Source: Octopus vulgaris (taxonomy: Eukaryota). From it: a DNA stretch of 64,000 nt. The stretch covers positions 78,864,001 through 78,928,000 of the forward strand of contig OX597818.1 in assembly GCA_951406725.2 (NCBI GenBank), read 5' to 3'. This document shows, in pieces, positions 13,493-25,422 of the stretch. The stretch's first letter is position 1. Every line of letters starts with the position of its first letter. The notes beneath the pieces were generated by a model. The model saw nothing but the letters and a program-made list of their open reading frames with translations, searched no databases and was not told the DNA's origin. The position numbers were made by a program, and so were the translations under genes.

Positions 13493-13631
13493 ATGTGACC
13501 TAACATCCGACAAACCACCATCGCGTTATTATTGTTCCAATAATCACCGCAAAGGTTACCCCATCTATGTGTCTGAAAAATTTCAACACGTCCTTCTTTT
13601 TCTGATTCGCCATCAACCAATCGAATTCCCT
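13493..13631 (-). CDS. Multi-SRCR protein exon: domain 7, N-terminal half
   Basis: tacAG/GTAAG. GIRLVDGESEKEGRVEIFQTHRWGNLCGDYWNNNNAMVVCRMLGH. Confidence 0.95.
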
Positions 13632-14232
13632 CTGTAAAATATCGAAATGAATATGTAGAACCTTCTTCATTTATTTCAAAAGATAGTTTTACATTGGTAA
13701 CAATTTAATAACTTAGGTAATTTGGGATACAAATTACTCAAGATAGTTAAATGTCTTTCTAAGAAAGACCATATGGCATCATATGGATGACTCTAAACTA
13801 TGATTCAAAGAAGGAATTTGGACATTTCAAAAATTCAAGTAATCTTTATTTCTAAGTGCGTACTGGGGGATCAAAAGTGAGATATGGCGTAAATATATTT
13901 CCCACAAGTGAAAGAATAAAGGAAATAAAATCATTCATGAAATGTCAGAAGTAAATTTTCTTCGAATTTCAAGTTGACTACTAATATGAAATATAATTTG
14001 CAAAAAAAAAAAAAAGCTTTCTTATTTTAGGCACAAGAATTAAACATTTCAAGGTGTTTGGTCGTTATCATCCACTCCAGTATTTGATTGGCTCTTTACT
14101 TTATCGATCTCCACAAAAGGATAAAAAGTGAAATGGGACTCGCTCAGATGTGAGCTAAGAATATAAAGTGCTGAAATAAATGCCACAAAACACGAATGAT
14201 TTATTCAGAGAAATGAACATCAAATTACTTAC

Positions 14233-14405
14233 TCTCCAAGCAGACGACACCTGCATCACACGAATGATTACAAGCCATTTTATCACTCCAGGGTTTCTTC
14301 GCGCAATGATCAATGAAAGTTTCATCACCATTACACGTAACATCGTCAAACCATATAGTGCCCCTTCCTTGACCAAACTTCCAGCCACCATATGAGATAC
14401 CTTGG
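14233..14405 (-). CDS. Multi-SRCR protein exon: domain 6, C-terminal half
   Basis: cttAG/GTAAG. QGISYGGWKFGQGRGTIWFDDVTCNGDETFIDHCAKKPWSDKMACNHSCDAGVVCLE. Confidence 0.95.
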
Positions 14406-14848
14406 CTAAGAAACAAGTAAGAAATATAAAAGAAAGAAAATATAACAAAGAAAAGCTTACATGGAATATTTGTTGGTTTCAAATTTTGGCACAAGGCCAG
14501 AAATTTCGGGGGAGAGGGTAGTCAATTACATTGTCTCCAGTGCTCAACTGGTACTTATTTAATCGATTTCGAAATGACGAGAGGCAATGTCGATCTCGGC
14601 GGAATTTGAACTCACGCTGTAAAGTCGGAAGAAATGCCGCTAAGCACTTTTTCGGGCGCGATAACGATTCTGCCAGCTTGTCGCCTTATTACATAGAATA
14701 ATATTGATTTCCTTTAATTAATTTACGTTTATTTGAATTTTCAACTTATATTTTATTGCGAATTAATTTGAATTAATAACAGAATATCAGAATGTTTCAA
14801 AATATTTAAGTGTTTTCACAAATCAATCAAAATTTAAGTCATACTTAC

Positions 14849-14987
14849 TTATAACCTAAGCTTCTACATATTACAGAAGCTGCTTCATCATTCCAGTTTC
14901 TGTCACAAACTGTTCCCCACATCCCGTTTTGAAAGATTTCCACTCTACCTTCTTTTGGAGAGTTTCCGCCTCTCAGCTGGACTTTAT
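14849..14987 (-). CDS. Multi-SRCR protein exon: domain 6, N-terminal half
   Basis: caAG/GTAAG. KVQLRGGNSPKEGRVEIFQNGMWGTVCDRNWNDEAASVICRSLGY, a near-consensus SRCR. Confidence 0.95.
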
Positions 14988-15046
14988 CTTGAAGGATAAA
15001 CAAAATATATGATTAATACAAAGCCGTACATTTCAGTAATATATGG

Positions 15047-15217
15047 TAGACAGGAGTGACTGTGTGGTAAGTAGCTTGATTACCAATCACATGGTTCCGG
15101 GTTCAGTCCCACTGCGTGGCACATTGGGCAAGTGTCTTCTACTATAGCCTCAGGATGACCAAAGCCTTGTGAGTGGATTTGGTAGACAGAAACTGAAAGA
15201 AGCCTGTCGCATATATG

Positions 15218-15262
<45 letters not shown>

Positions 15263-15465
15263 CTGTGTTTGTCCCCTAACATCACTTGACAACCGATGCT
15301 GATGTGTTTGCGTCCCCGTAACTTAGCGGTTCGACAAAATAGACTGATAGAATAAGTACTAGGCTTACAAAGAATAAGTCCTGGGTCGATTTGCTCGACT
15401 AAAGGCGGTACTCCAGCATGACCGCAGTCAAATGACTGAAACAAGTAAAAGAGTAAAAGAGTAAA
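15047..15465 (+). mobile_element. tRNA-derived SINE (family A), copy
   Basis: Head ...GTGTGGTAAGTAGCTTG...GGTTCAGTCCC, internal microsatellite, tail CCAGCATGACCGCAGTCAAATGACTGAAAC(AAGTAAAAGAG)n. Multiple copies in the window. Confidence 0.85.
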
Positions 15466-15499
15466 GAGAGACAAAGTATTCATTTATTTTTTCTTTTAT

Positions 15500-16022
15500 T
15501 GTTTTACTTGTTTCATCATTTGACTGCGATCATGCTAGAGCACCGCTTTTAGTCGAGCAAAAGGATCTCAGGACTTATTCATTGTAAGCCTAGTACTTAT
15601 TCTATCGATCTCATTTGCCGAACTGCTAAGTTACGGGGACGTAAACACACCAGTATCGGTTGTCAAGTGATGTTGTGGGGACAAACAAACACACACACAC
15701 ACACATATATATACGACGGGTTTTTTTCAGTATCCGTTACCAAATCCACTCACAACACATCTCCTGAACGCAAGCTTTCTCATTTTATAGCTGAGTGAAA
15801 TTGAGCAACGTAATATGTAGTGTTTTGCCCAAAACAATACACAAGTTGATCCGAGGAACGAAAGCTCAATCTTGTTACCGTGAGTGCAATATCCTAACAC
15901 CTTGACCATGCGTATCATGGTCAGCCTGAGGCTATAGTAGATGACACTTACCCAAGGTGCCACGCAGTGGGACTGAACCCGGAACCATGTGGTTGGTAAG
16001 CAAGCTACGTACCACACAGTCG
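15500..16022 (-). mobile_element. SINE family A copy, inverted and tail-to-tail with the previous copy; interrupted by a local duplication
   Basis: Reverse complement of 15047-15465. The segment ~15757-15912 resembles an inverted copy of ~16150-16330. Confidence 0.8.
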
Positions 16023-16573
16023 CTATTTATTTATTTTTATTTATCTCCTTCCAGTTTATATAATTTTAACGAAGTAATTTTAAGACTGGAAACTCTCAAC
16101 AGTGTTAGAATCCCATTTTTACCGAAAGAGTTAAAGTATGTAACTTGATGCGCATGGTCTAGGCGTTAGGATATTGCACTCACGGTAACAAGATTGAGGT
16201 TTCGTTCTCTGTATCAAATGGTGCATTATGTTTTGAGCAAATCACTTCATTTTACGTCGCTCAGTTTCACTCAGCTATAAAATGAGAAAGCTTGCGATGG
16301 AATAGCGTCCTGTTCAGGAAATGTGTTGAGATCTTGGTCACTTTTACACTATGGAGATAGTATGGTAACCAGCTCTATGAGTCCAAGACGTCATAGAACA
16401 AGCAATGTCTAAGGATTGATGATGATGATGATACTATTTTCATATATATAGTTGTTTCTCCTGCACCAACTATATTTCAATATAATCGTTTCCTTCTGGT
16501 AATCCATAATAAAGTACTCTTATCAAGATTATTTTCGCAACTAAGGTATATTTAAAAAAACAAACAAACTTAC

Positions 16574-16731
16574 ATTTCGAACATTCTGCACCGGCCCATT
16601 TATTACATCGATGGAACCCCCATATTCCATGTGGACACCCCCTTAGATTTTGTTCGTTGCCATTACAATTCGTATCAGACAGAAATCCGTGTTCTCTTAA
16701 ATGATGTTTATAATCATAGATATATCCACTC
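16574..16731 (-). CDS. Multi-SRCR protein exon: domain 5, C-terminal half
   Basis: tttAG/GTAAG. SGYIYDYKHHLREHGFLSDTNCNGNEQNLRGCPHGIWGFHRCNKWAGAECSK. Confidence 0.9.
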
Positions 16732-16888
16732 CTAAAAAGAAACCAACAACATCTTTCTAGAATATTTTTTTCAGTTAGTAATCCGTACATTATATTACAA
16801 TTTTGTATCTCATCGAAATCATTATATATATACACACACATACTTACATGTATATATGTACATATTTACTTACATGTATATATGTACA

Positions 16889-16934
<46 letters not shown>

Positions 16935-16938
<4 letters not shown>

Positions 16939-17658
16939 AGATAAGAAAATGGAGAAATACATCTAAATCAAATATCAATTACCAGATAATACTCAATCAC
17001 ATACGAAGTAATATAATGTACTATTGACTATGTATATTTGCATCTAGCTATTAATTTGTGTATGTTTATTATCACAATATTAAGTCGTAAAACTGAGACA
17101 TTGAGTGTGGAACACATATATATGTTTACTAATTTATATTATTTATTTATATCATTATGTAAATGTATATTTTTATATGTATAGGAGTGTGAGTATATGC
17201 ACCCATATGTATATATATATGTTGTATTGTGGGTACGCACCCACACCCATGTGGGTATATATGTAGACTGAGTTATATTACATAATCTCCGAAGAGGCCT
17301 TGCGATATTTTTGTAAATGTCTCATTTATATCTATATATTGACCAACCATAAAGGGCTAATATTGGTAAAATGAAACATACTTATCGACATGGCCGAAAC
17401 AGCTGTAAGATCTAATTTATACTTATATTTATATTTACTTGTATTTATATTCTCTTTTATATATATTCTACTTATTATACAACATTACTCTTTTATGTAT
17501 ACTTTTTTATGTACATTTCTTTATGTACACTGATTTGTTCTGTTTTTTATATTTAACCCTACAGTCTCTTATGTGGTGGTTTAATAAAGTATGTGATTGA
17601 GTATTATCTGGTAATTGATATTTGATTTAGATGTATTTCTCCATTTTCTTATCTTGTA
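16935..17658 (+). mobile_element. Penelope-like pseudo-LTR insertion with ~68-bp inverted ends
   Basis: 16937-17003 is the reverse complement of 17589-17657. Contains a hammerhead-like motif at 17285-17411. Confidence 0.65.
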
Positions 17659-18116
17659 TTAGTAATTTGTGGTAAATCATTTTACCTTTGCCCATATAAT
17701 ACAGTAAATGAATTGATTGCATCGCAATCATTAACATTTATGTATTAACTTTGTTGGGTACTTCACTAGCAGTATATTGGATATATGTTATCCCATAGAG
17801 GGTTGCATTTACAACCCCTATCTCAATTTGTGTATATATATATATATATATGTATGTGCGTATACGTGTATGCACACATACATATATATGTACATATATA
17901 TAAATAAATATGTATATATATACATACATATATATTTATCGTACATATATACATGTATATACGTATACATATATGCATATATACATATATATGTACATAT
18001 ATATATATATAAATATGTATATATATATACATATAAACATACATGTATATATATCCATACATATATACATATACATATATATACATACATACACATACTT
18101 AAATATATGTGTACAA

Positions 18117-18147
<31 letters not shown>

Positions 18148-18240
18148 CATGTATATACGTATACATATCTGCATATATACATATATATGTACATATATAT
18201 ATATATATATATATAAAATATGTATATATACATACATATA

Positions 18241-19850
18241 AATCCTTAAATCCTTAAAAATGTTTTAGCTCGAAGGCCGCGGCTATGCTGGGGCACCACC
18301 GCTGAATGAGCTACACTAATATGTGAATCCACCTCTGATACGTGGCACTTGATCAACAAGGGAGTTCGATGCTGCTGCCCGCATCTGCGTCTCCTGTCGT
18401 GAGGTAGGTTCATCTGGGACTCCCGACAAGAAGAGATCCAGTTTAGTTTTAAAGAAACCCACATCCACACCATGTAAGTCTCTTAGGCATTTAAGGAGGA
18501 TGTTAAAGAGCTGTGGTCCTCTGAAACCCAAGCTGTTGCAGTATCTGGTCCTGTATTTTGATGGTGATGTTGGAATCTTTGGCACCATGCAGTGGCGCCC
18601 GTTCTGCGGTTGGGGTAACTTTGAATGCCAAAGTTTGGGACAAGACCCTCCAGGATTTTCCAAATGTATATCACCGCATATCTCTCCCGCCTCCGCTCTA
18701 GGGAGAAGAGGTTTAATACTTTCAGTCTTTCCCAGTAGCTGATATTTTGCATTGAGACGATCTTCTTTGTGTAGCTTCTCTGAATTGCTTCGAGTTCTGC
18801 TGTTAGTTTTATATTGTGTGGTGACCATAGTTGGGAGCAGTAGTCCAAGCGGCTGAGGACTAATGTTTTCCAGAGGACCATCAGTGTCTCCTTCTCTCTT
18901 GTTCTGAAAGTTCGGAGAATCCATCCAGCTAGCCGTCTGCATTTTATCACCAGATTAGTAATATGCACTTGGAAAGATGCATCATTAACCATGTCAATGC
19001 CTAGGTCACACACTGATTTTGACTCATGGATTGCAATTCTTCCTGGGCCAATGTATCCAGTCTGTGCGTCGTTTACCTTTGTGTGCCGGTAGCGCAGGGC
19101 CTGGAACTTACCTGCATTAAACTGCATGTTGTTGTCCTCCGCCCACCTGTATATTTTATCCAACTCCTGTTGCAGATGCGCAATATTTTCAGGGTTTTGT
19201 ATTGTGTGGGAGACTTTTGTGTCATCTGCATAGCTAGCAAGGGTGGCCATCGTAGCAACTGAAGGCATGTCTGAAACGGCCACTATGAACAGTAGTGGCC
19301 CCAAGACAGTGCCCTGTGGAACACCGCTTGTTATTTGTGTTTCCTTGGGGTGGCTCCATTGCTCACAACTGCCTGTCTTCTGTCTTTTAGGAAGTTGTGC
19401 AGCCACTCTCCAAGTTTTCCGCCTATGCCGAGACCACGCAGTTTGTGACAGATCATACCATGGTCAACTTTATCAAAGGCTTTTGCAAAGTCGCGATATA
19501 TTACATCCACATTTGAGCCATTTAGTAGCTGTTTTAATACCCAGTCATAGTGTTGCAGGAGCTGTGTTAGGCAGCTTCTGCCTGGTCGAAATCCATGCTG
19601 GGTGTCAGACAGGAAGTCATTTTCTTCAAGGAACATGATTAGTTTCTTGCGGACTATTCGTTCCATGACTTTGCTGATGTGTGAGGTCAGAGAGATAGGC
19701 CTATAATTTTTAGCATCTGCTCTGCTACCTCCCTTATGGATAGGGCATATTACCCCCTTTTTCAATTTGACTGGGAGCTTACCACTTGCAAGGAAGCTCT
19801 GAGAAAGAAGCTGTAGCGGTTTTGCAAGGGCTCGTTTGCACGATTTGAGA
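18241..19850 (-). mobile_element. 5'-truncated CR1-group LINE (L2/Crack/Daphne-like), RT and 3' end
   Basis: NYRPISLTS, QHGFRPGRSC, DFAKAFDKVDH, GVPQGTVLGPLLF, YADDTK and LERRRERY across frameshifted ORFs; (TAAGGATT)n tail. Confidence 0.9.
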
Positions 19851-19988
19851 AAACACATATAAACACATATATATATAAATATATAAACAAATAGATATAT
19901 ACATATATATATACATGTATATATATCCATACATATATACATATACATATATATACATACATACACATATTTACAAATACGTGTACAA

Positions 19989-20025
<37 letters not shown>

Positions 20026-20366
20026 CAAATTCAGTAGAATTAGGTACTTAAGTTGAAGTACCAATTCAACCTGGTGTTATCTCCACAGCTCGAAGTAAGG
20101 TGAATAAAATCAAAATTCTATTCTTAGCCTCTTTGCTACAATAACAACTTGAATTTCTTCCATCTTCTTACTCTGTTCAAACATTTAAGAAAAATTATAT
20201 TAATGTGTCTTGTTAAAAAAAATTCTATATTTTCTGCAGATGAAGATAGCACTTCATTTAAATTGATGTAATGATTACAGTGTTCAATTAATTAGAGCTG
20301 CTTGAAACGGTAGTATTGCATTACTATTTGATATCCTGTTGCTTATTTTGATTATATATGTATACT

Positions 20367-20398
<32 letters not shown>

Positions 20399-20427
20399 GG
20401 AAAAAACCAACAAGAATGGATCAATAT

Positions 20428-20514
20428 TTCGGTACAATTGTTTCGTACGAAGACATCTTTATTAAGGCTACAAAAATTGCAGTAAATATAAGTGACCCGT
20501 ACTCATCAGCCGAA
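20428..20514 (-). ncRNA. Type I minimal hammerhead ribozyme motif (Penelope-associated type)
   Basis: Minus strand: TTCGG-CTGATGA-GTACG-(loop)-CGTAC-GAAAC-AATT-GTA-CCGAA. Intact core; stems I and II pair; palindromic stem III ACAATTGT. Confidence 0.75.
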
Positions 20515-20695
20515 TAAACATCTGAGATCTCCAAACATCAAAGGGAGTGATGTTACACTCGTGAAACATCATGGAAAGTTCTATAAAAATGAGATTTAGA
20601 TAACAAATGGACTTCTAAAAGTTCTTTTAGTATTGCACAGTCATATATCAGGTTTAAAAAAATTTTTTAAAACCTCTTAGTTTTCCAGAAAGTGA

Positions 20696-20793
<98 letters not shown>

Positions 20794-21018
20794 ACATATA
20801 CATATTTTTGTATGTTGGGAGAGACATACTTACTTAACATCTAACACAATCACCGGTTCAATTTCGACTCTTTTATTATTTATATTTTTTTCTTTTCCCA
20901 AATCTTCCTTGCTTTTGTAACCGTGTCAATGGATGTTGAGAGTCCCCAGAAACAACAAAATTTGTTTCAACTGACGAATTCACATAAAGAATCTTGCAAA
21001 TCGGATACAAAGACAAAG

Positions 21019-21068
<50 letters not shown>

Positions 21069-21229
21069 ACGTAAAGTATAATAGCCATCTCAATATGGCT
21101 AACCACTAAGGTTGGGTGTTACTGTAGCTTTTAGCCCCAGGAGATCATCGTCTCCAGCTGGTTTTAGGCACACTATCTGTACACTTATGGTATTTGCAAA
21201 GGGAGGTCATATATATATATATATATATT

Positions 21230-21311
<82 letters not shown>

Positions 21312-21444
21312 GCGTGGAAGCGTTTGTAAGCCGTTTAAGAATTGTGTCAGTCTCTTTCTGTCTGTTTGTCTCTGTATATATACATATAAGGTACATTTCA
21401 GAAGTATTGACATTTCTTTAGCTGAGGTAGTTATAACTGCCCTA

Positions 21445-22199
21445 GATTATGTAATTTTAATATATCATTAATATATTCTTAATAAGCTAGCCTACCAACT
21501 TTTGTTATTTCGGATTGAAGGACACAACTGTAACAGAACTTTGAACAAACCCCAGTAAACACTGTTTGTCACAGCTAACTAGTTTGCAGAATGCAGCCGG
21601 CATATGGAAAGAATTTGTTATCTTGCTGTGCAATAAACTTTTGAACGAATCAGGGCAAAATACTACAGAAACTTATGAAATGTGTCAGAATGCTTATGGA
21701 TTAATTTGTATGAAACAAGCAACTATTTTTTTTACTGGTACGAGAGGTCTGACAAGGTAAGTCCATCGGGACGCTTATGATGATCTCCTTTCTCGACAGC
21801 AAGGACATCATCTACCTTCACTGGGTTTTCTCTATCCAGATAATCTACAAAGAGTACTTTGTGGATGTTTTGAGGGAAGCTAAAAAGAGGTTTCGTCTCA
21901 AAAGACCAGAACACCTGCACCAGAACAATGCACCAGTTAAAATGTCAATCCTGGTGACCAACTAATTGACAGTGGTGGGCATAAAAACTATCCTTCACCC
22001 TCTTTACACTCCAGTTGCTCTCTGAGTTGAAGAAGATGTAGGAGGCTGTCAAATGTGTCCTGAACACTTTCACTTTGAAAGACTTCCATGGAAACTTTAC
22101 GAAGTGATTGGAGCGCTACAACAGGTGCATTGAAGTTAAGTGCTACTAATTTGAAATTAATTAAATGTGTCTCTTGAAAATGTCTAAGAACTGGAATGC

Positions 22200-22205
<6 letters not shown>
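21445..22205 (+). mobile_element. Degenerate mariner remnant
   Basis: GQNTTETYEMCQNAYG, YFVDVLRE..KRFRLKRPE and LHQNNAP resemble mariner transposase; many disablements. Confidence 0.65.
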
Positions 22206-22271
<66 letters not shown>

Positions 22272-22272
<1 letters not shown>

Positions 22273-22469
22273 TCTTTTCTCTTGTTTCAGTCATTTGACT
22301 GCGGCCATGCTGGAGCACCGTCTTTAGTCGAGCAAATCGACCCAGGACTTCTTCTTTGGAAGCCTAGTACTTACTCTATCGGTCTTTTTTGCCGAACCGG
22401 TAAGTTACGAGGACGTAAACACACCACCATCGGTTGTCAAGCGATGTTGGGGGAACAAACACAGACACA

Positions 22470-22517
<48 letters not shown>

Positions 22518-22689
22518 CATATACATATATACGACGGGCTTCTTTCAGTTTCCGTCTACCAAATACACTCACAAGGCTTTGGTCGGCCCGAGGCTATAGT
22601 AGAAGACACTTGCCCAATGTGCCACGCAATGGGAATGAAACCGGAACCATGTGGTTGGTAAGCAAGCTACTTACCACACAGCCACTCCT

Positions 22690-22692
<3 letters not shown>
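22272..22692 (-). mobile_element. SINE family A copy
   Basis: Full-length reverse-complement match to the 15047 copy, embedded in (TA)n. Confidence 0.85.
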
Positions 22693-22729
<37 letters not shown>

Positions 22730-23217
22730 TATATCATTTATAGCACTCAAGCAAGAATTCCAACCATAGATCTTGGTTTGTGTTCTATTTTGTCACATCT
22801 CATGAGAATGGGTGATAATCTCATCTTAGATTTAGATGCATCGAATTCTAATTCCTGTAATGGAAGCATACGCAAACCACGTAATACCCTTCTTAGCGAA
22901 TGGTAATATCTGCAAACGAAATATGCTAGTGTCTCGTGATATAAGTTATTCTTAATTCAGTATTTCGTGCAAAGTGGTCCTTCGTCAGAGTAGAATGAAA
23001 AAGTGAGTTGGCATTTTGAAAATAAGTACCATTTCATTGTGTTATTTAAAACTAAAGATGAATTAGAAATTCATTTGACTTTACATGGGGGAAGTTACAA
23101 TGATGGCAATAATAAATTTGAAAAACGTAGCAATGTTAGGACTAACAAATATGTGGTTTAGAGAGTTGAAAAAAAATAATAAAACGAAACAAACAAATAA
23201 AAAAGCATCTTTTCCCT

Positions 23218-24062
23218 TTGAACAGCAGATTTAGAAATCATGTTTTTGTAACTAAAACTTTCAAACTTCGGACACTGGTAGAATGTGTCATATAAAACAT
23301 TTTTTACTCATAGTGTTTTTGAGCAAAGTTTATATTTACGAAGTTATTTCGTTTTAAAGTTGTCGTATTTCAGTAATTTCAACCAATCAATGACGTGTAT
23401 TTAGCTGAATAATATTACTACTGTTGTTTGTCAACAACAACTATCGGCGGTGTATATTTCGTTTGTCACTTTTATTTATGACATCGTTCGTGTGTTTGTA
23501 CTGATTTTACCCTTAAGGTTTTAGTGTTAGGGTTTTAGAGTTAGAGTTAGGGTTAGGGTTAAGGTTTTAAAGTTAGGGTTAAGGTTGGGGTTTTAGGATT
23601 AGAATTACGGAAAAAAAAATGAAAAATGAAGAAATTGGAGGAGTAGGGGGCAAAATAGTCTTTTCAAAAATAGTAGCTGAAAAACAGGAAAAAACCTAAA
23701 AGCAGTAGAAATGCACGAACGATTATGGTGGTACCATGAAGTAAACATGCTTCAGATATACTCGTTTATTCATACAAACATAACTGAGATGAAATATGTC
23801 ATAAATAACAGTGACAAACGAAATATACACCACCGGAAGTTGTTGTTGACAAACAACAGCAGTACTTTTATTCAGCTGAATACAGTCATTGATTGGTTGA
23901 AATTACCGGAATACGACAACTTTAAAACGAAATAACTTCGTAAATATAAACTTTACTAAAAAACGCTAAGAGTAAAAGATGTTTTATTTGACACATTCTA
24001 CCAGTATACGAAGTTTGAAAGTGTTTAGTTACAAAAAATTATTTTCTGAATCTGCCGGTCAA
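23218..24062. mobile_element. Foldback/MITE with ~260-bp terminal inverted repeats and internal TTAGGG-like repeats
   Basis: 23218-23483 is approximately the reverse complement of 23796-24062. Degenerate (TTAGGG)n at ~23515-23600. Confidence 0.75.
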
Positions 24063-24105
24063 TAGGTAAAGATCCTAAAAAAATAATTCAAATAACAACA
24101 CTTAC

Positions 24106-24241
24106 ATATATCCCATTGATCGGCAAGCGACAATAGCATCGTTCCGTGTCCAAGATTTACCACAAATTCCACCCCATTTATTATCATGGAAGATTTCAAC
24201 AACGCCATGATGTGTAGCAGCATTGCGAAAGCGAACATTTT
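24106..24241 (-). CDS. Multi-SRCR protein exon: domain 5, N-terminal half
   Basis: ttcAG/GTAAG. ENVRFRNAATHHGVVEIFHDNKWGGICGKSWTRNDAIVACRSMGY. Confidence 0.92.
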
Positions 24242-24361
24242 CTGAAGCAGAAAAGAAAGATGCACAAGGAAATTTTTTTTACTTGAAGTTTGAAACCAAA
24301 AATATATTATAATATATATTATCAAAATATAAAAAAATGCATTGTAAAAAATTAACATATA

Positions 24362-24547
24362 CGCGCAGGCATGGCTGTGGGGTTAAGAAGCTCACTTTGC
24401 AGGCACGTGGTTCCGGGTTCAATACCACCGCGTGGCAGCTTCAACATGCATCTTCTACTAATACCTAGTGAGTGACTTTCGTAAACAGACATTGTGTGGA
24501 AACCCATTGTATGTCTGCGTGTATACATACATACATACATACATACA

Positions 24548-24580
<33 letters not shown>

Positions 24581-24770
24581 GTATATATATATGTGTGCAT
24601 GTGTGTGTGTCCCTACCTACTGCTTGGTGTAGATTTGTTGGCTTGTTCCACAAAAGAAGCCGATAGAATAAAAAACAGACTTAAAAATACGAACTGGAGT
24701 CGATTCTTTCGACTAACCCTTCAAGGTGGTGCCCCAGCATGGCCACAATCCACTGATCAAAACAAATAAA
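24362..24770 (+). mobile_element. SINE family A copy (diverged)
   Basis: Head CGCGCAGGCATGGCTGTGGGGTTAAGAAGC...GGTTCAATACC; tail GGTGGTGCCCCAGCATGGCCAC. Confidence 0.75.
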
Positions 24771-25109
24771 AAATCACTTATAATAATGATTCTAATTCAT
24801 TTCCACAGAAAATTCTAAATCATTGAATTAATTGGAGCGTATTCTTTAATAGAAAAACACGATTAAAATAGAGAGAATAAGAACACGTCTCTGTTGCCGC
24901 TCGAACTGTTAAAAATAACAACCAGTGCCCCTCATATTACATTTTGTTGACTTGAAAAGTAAGGGATACACTGATAATTTAGTCTGAATTAAGTTTTGCT
25001 CATTTATTAATTCACTGTTGACGTGATACACATCTCTTTCCAAAATTTGGTCAAAATCTCGTGAAGTCAGTATTTGTTTCACATTAGTGTTTCGTATTAG
25101 ATAACTAGC

Positions 25110-25422
25110 ACTCAGTCGGTTACGACGAGGGTTCCAGTTAATCCGAGCAACGGAACAATCTGTTCGTGAAATTCACGTGCAAGTAGCTGATCACTCCACA
25201 GACACGTGTTTCCTTAACGTAGTTCTCAGGGAGATTCAGCGTGATAGAAAATGTGACAAGGTTGGCCCTTTGAAATGCAAGTATTACTCATTTTTGCCAG
25301 CTGAGTGGACTGGAGCAACAAGAAATAAAGTGTCTTACTCAAGTATGCAATACGTCACTTGTAATTGGACTCACGACCTTACGTTCGTGAGCCAAATACA
25401 CTAATCACAAAGCTATGCGCCT
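25110..25422 (-). mobile_element. tRNA-derived SINE (different family)
   Basis: Minus-strand head GGCGCATAGCTTTGTGATTAGTGTATTTGGCTCACGA...GAGTCCAATT, followed by TTGAGTAAGACACTTTATTTC...CCACTCAGCTG. Confidence 0.6.

Noticed and set aside
17738-18257. Numerous [20 protein letters not shown] ORFs here and throughout the track (e.g. 29987-30607, 34837-36651, 47714-49082, 53083-53584)
   Set aside because: They are translations of (TA)n, (CA)n, (ATGT)n and (AAT)n microsatellites, not genes.
23515-23600. True telomere or chromosome fusion site
   Set aside because: Short, degenerate, single orientation, and enclosed by transposon-like inverted arms within an intron.
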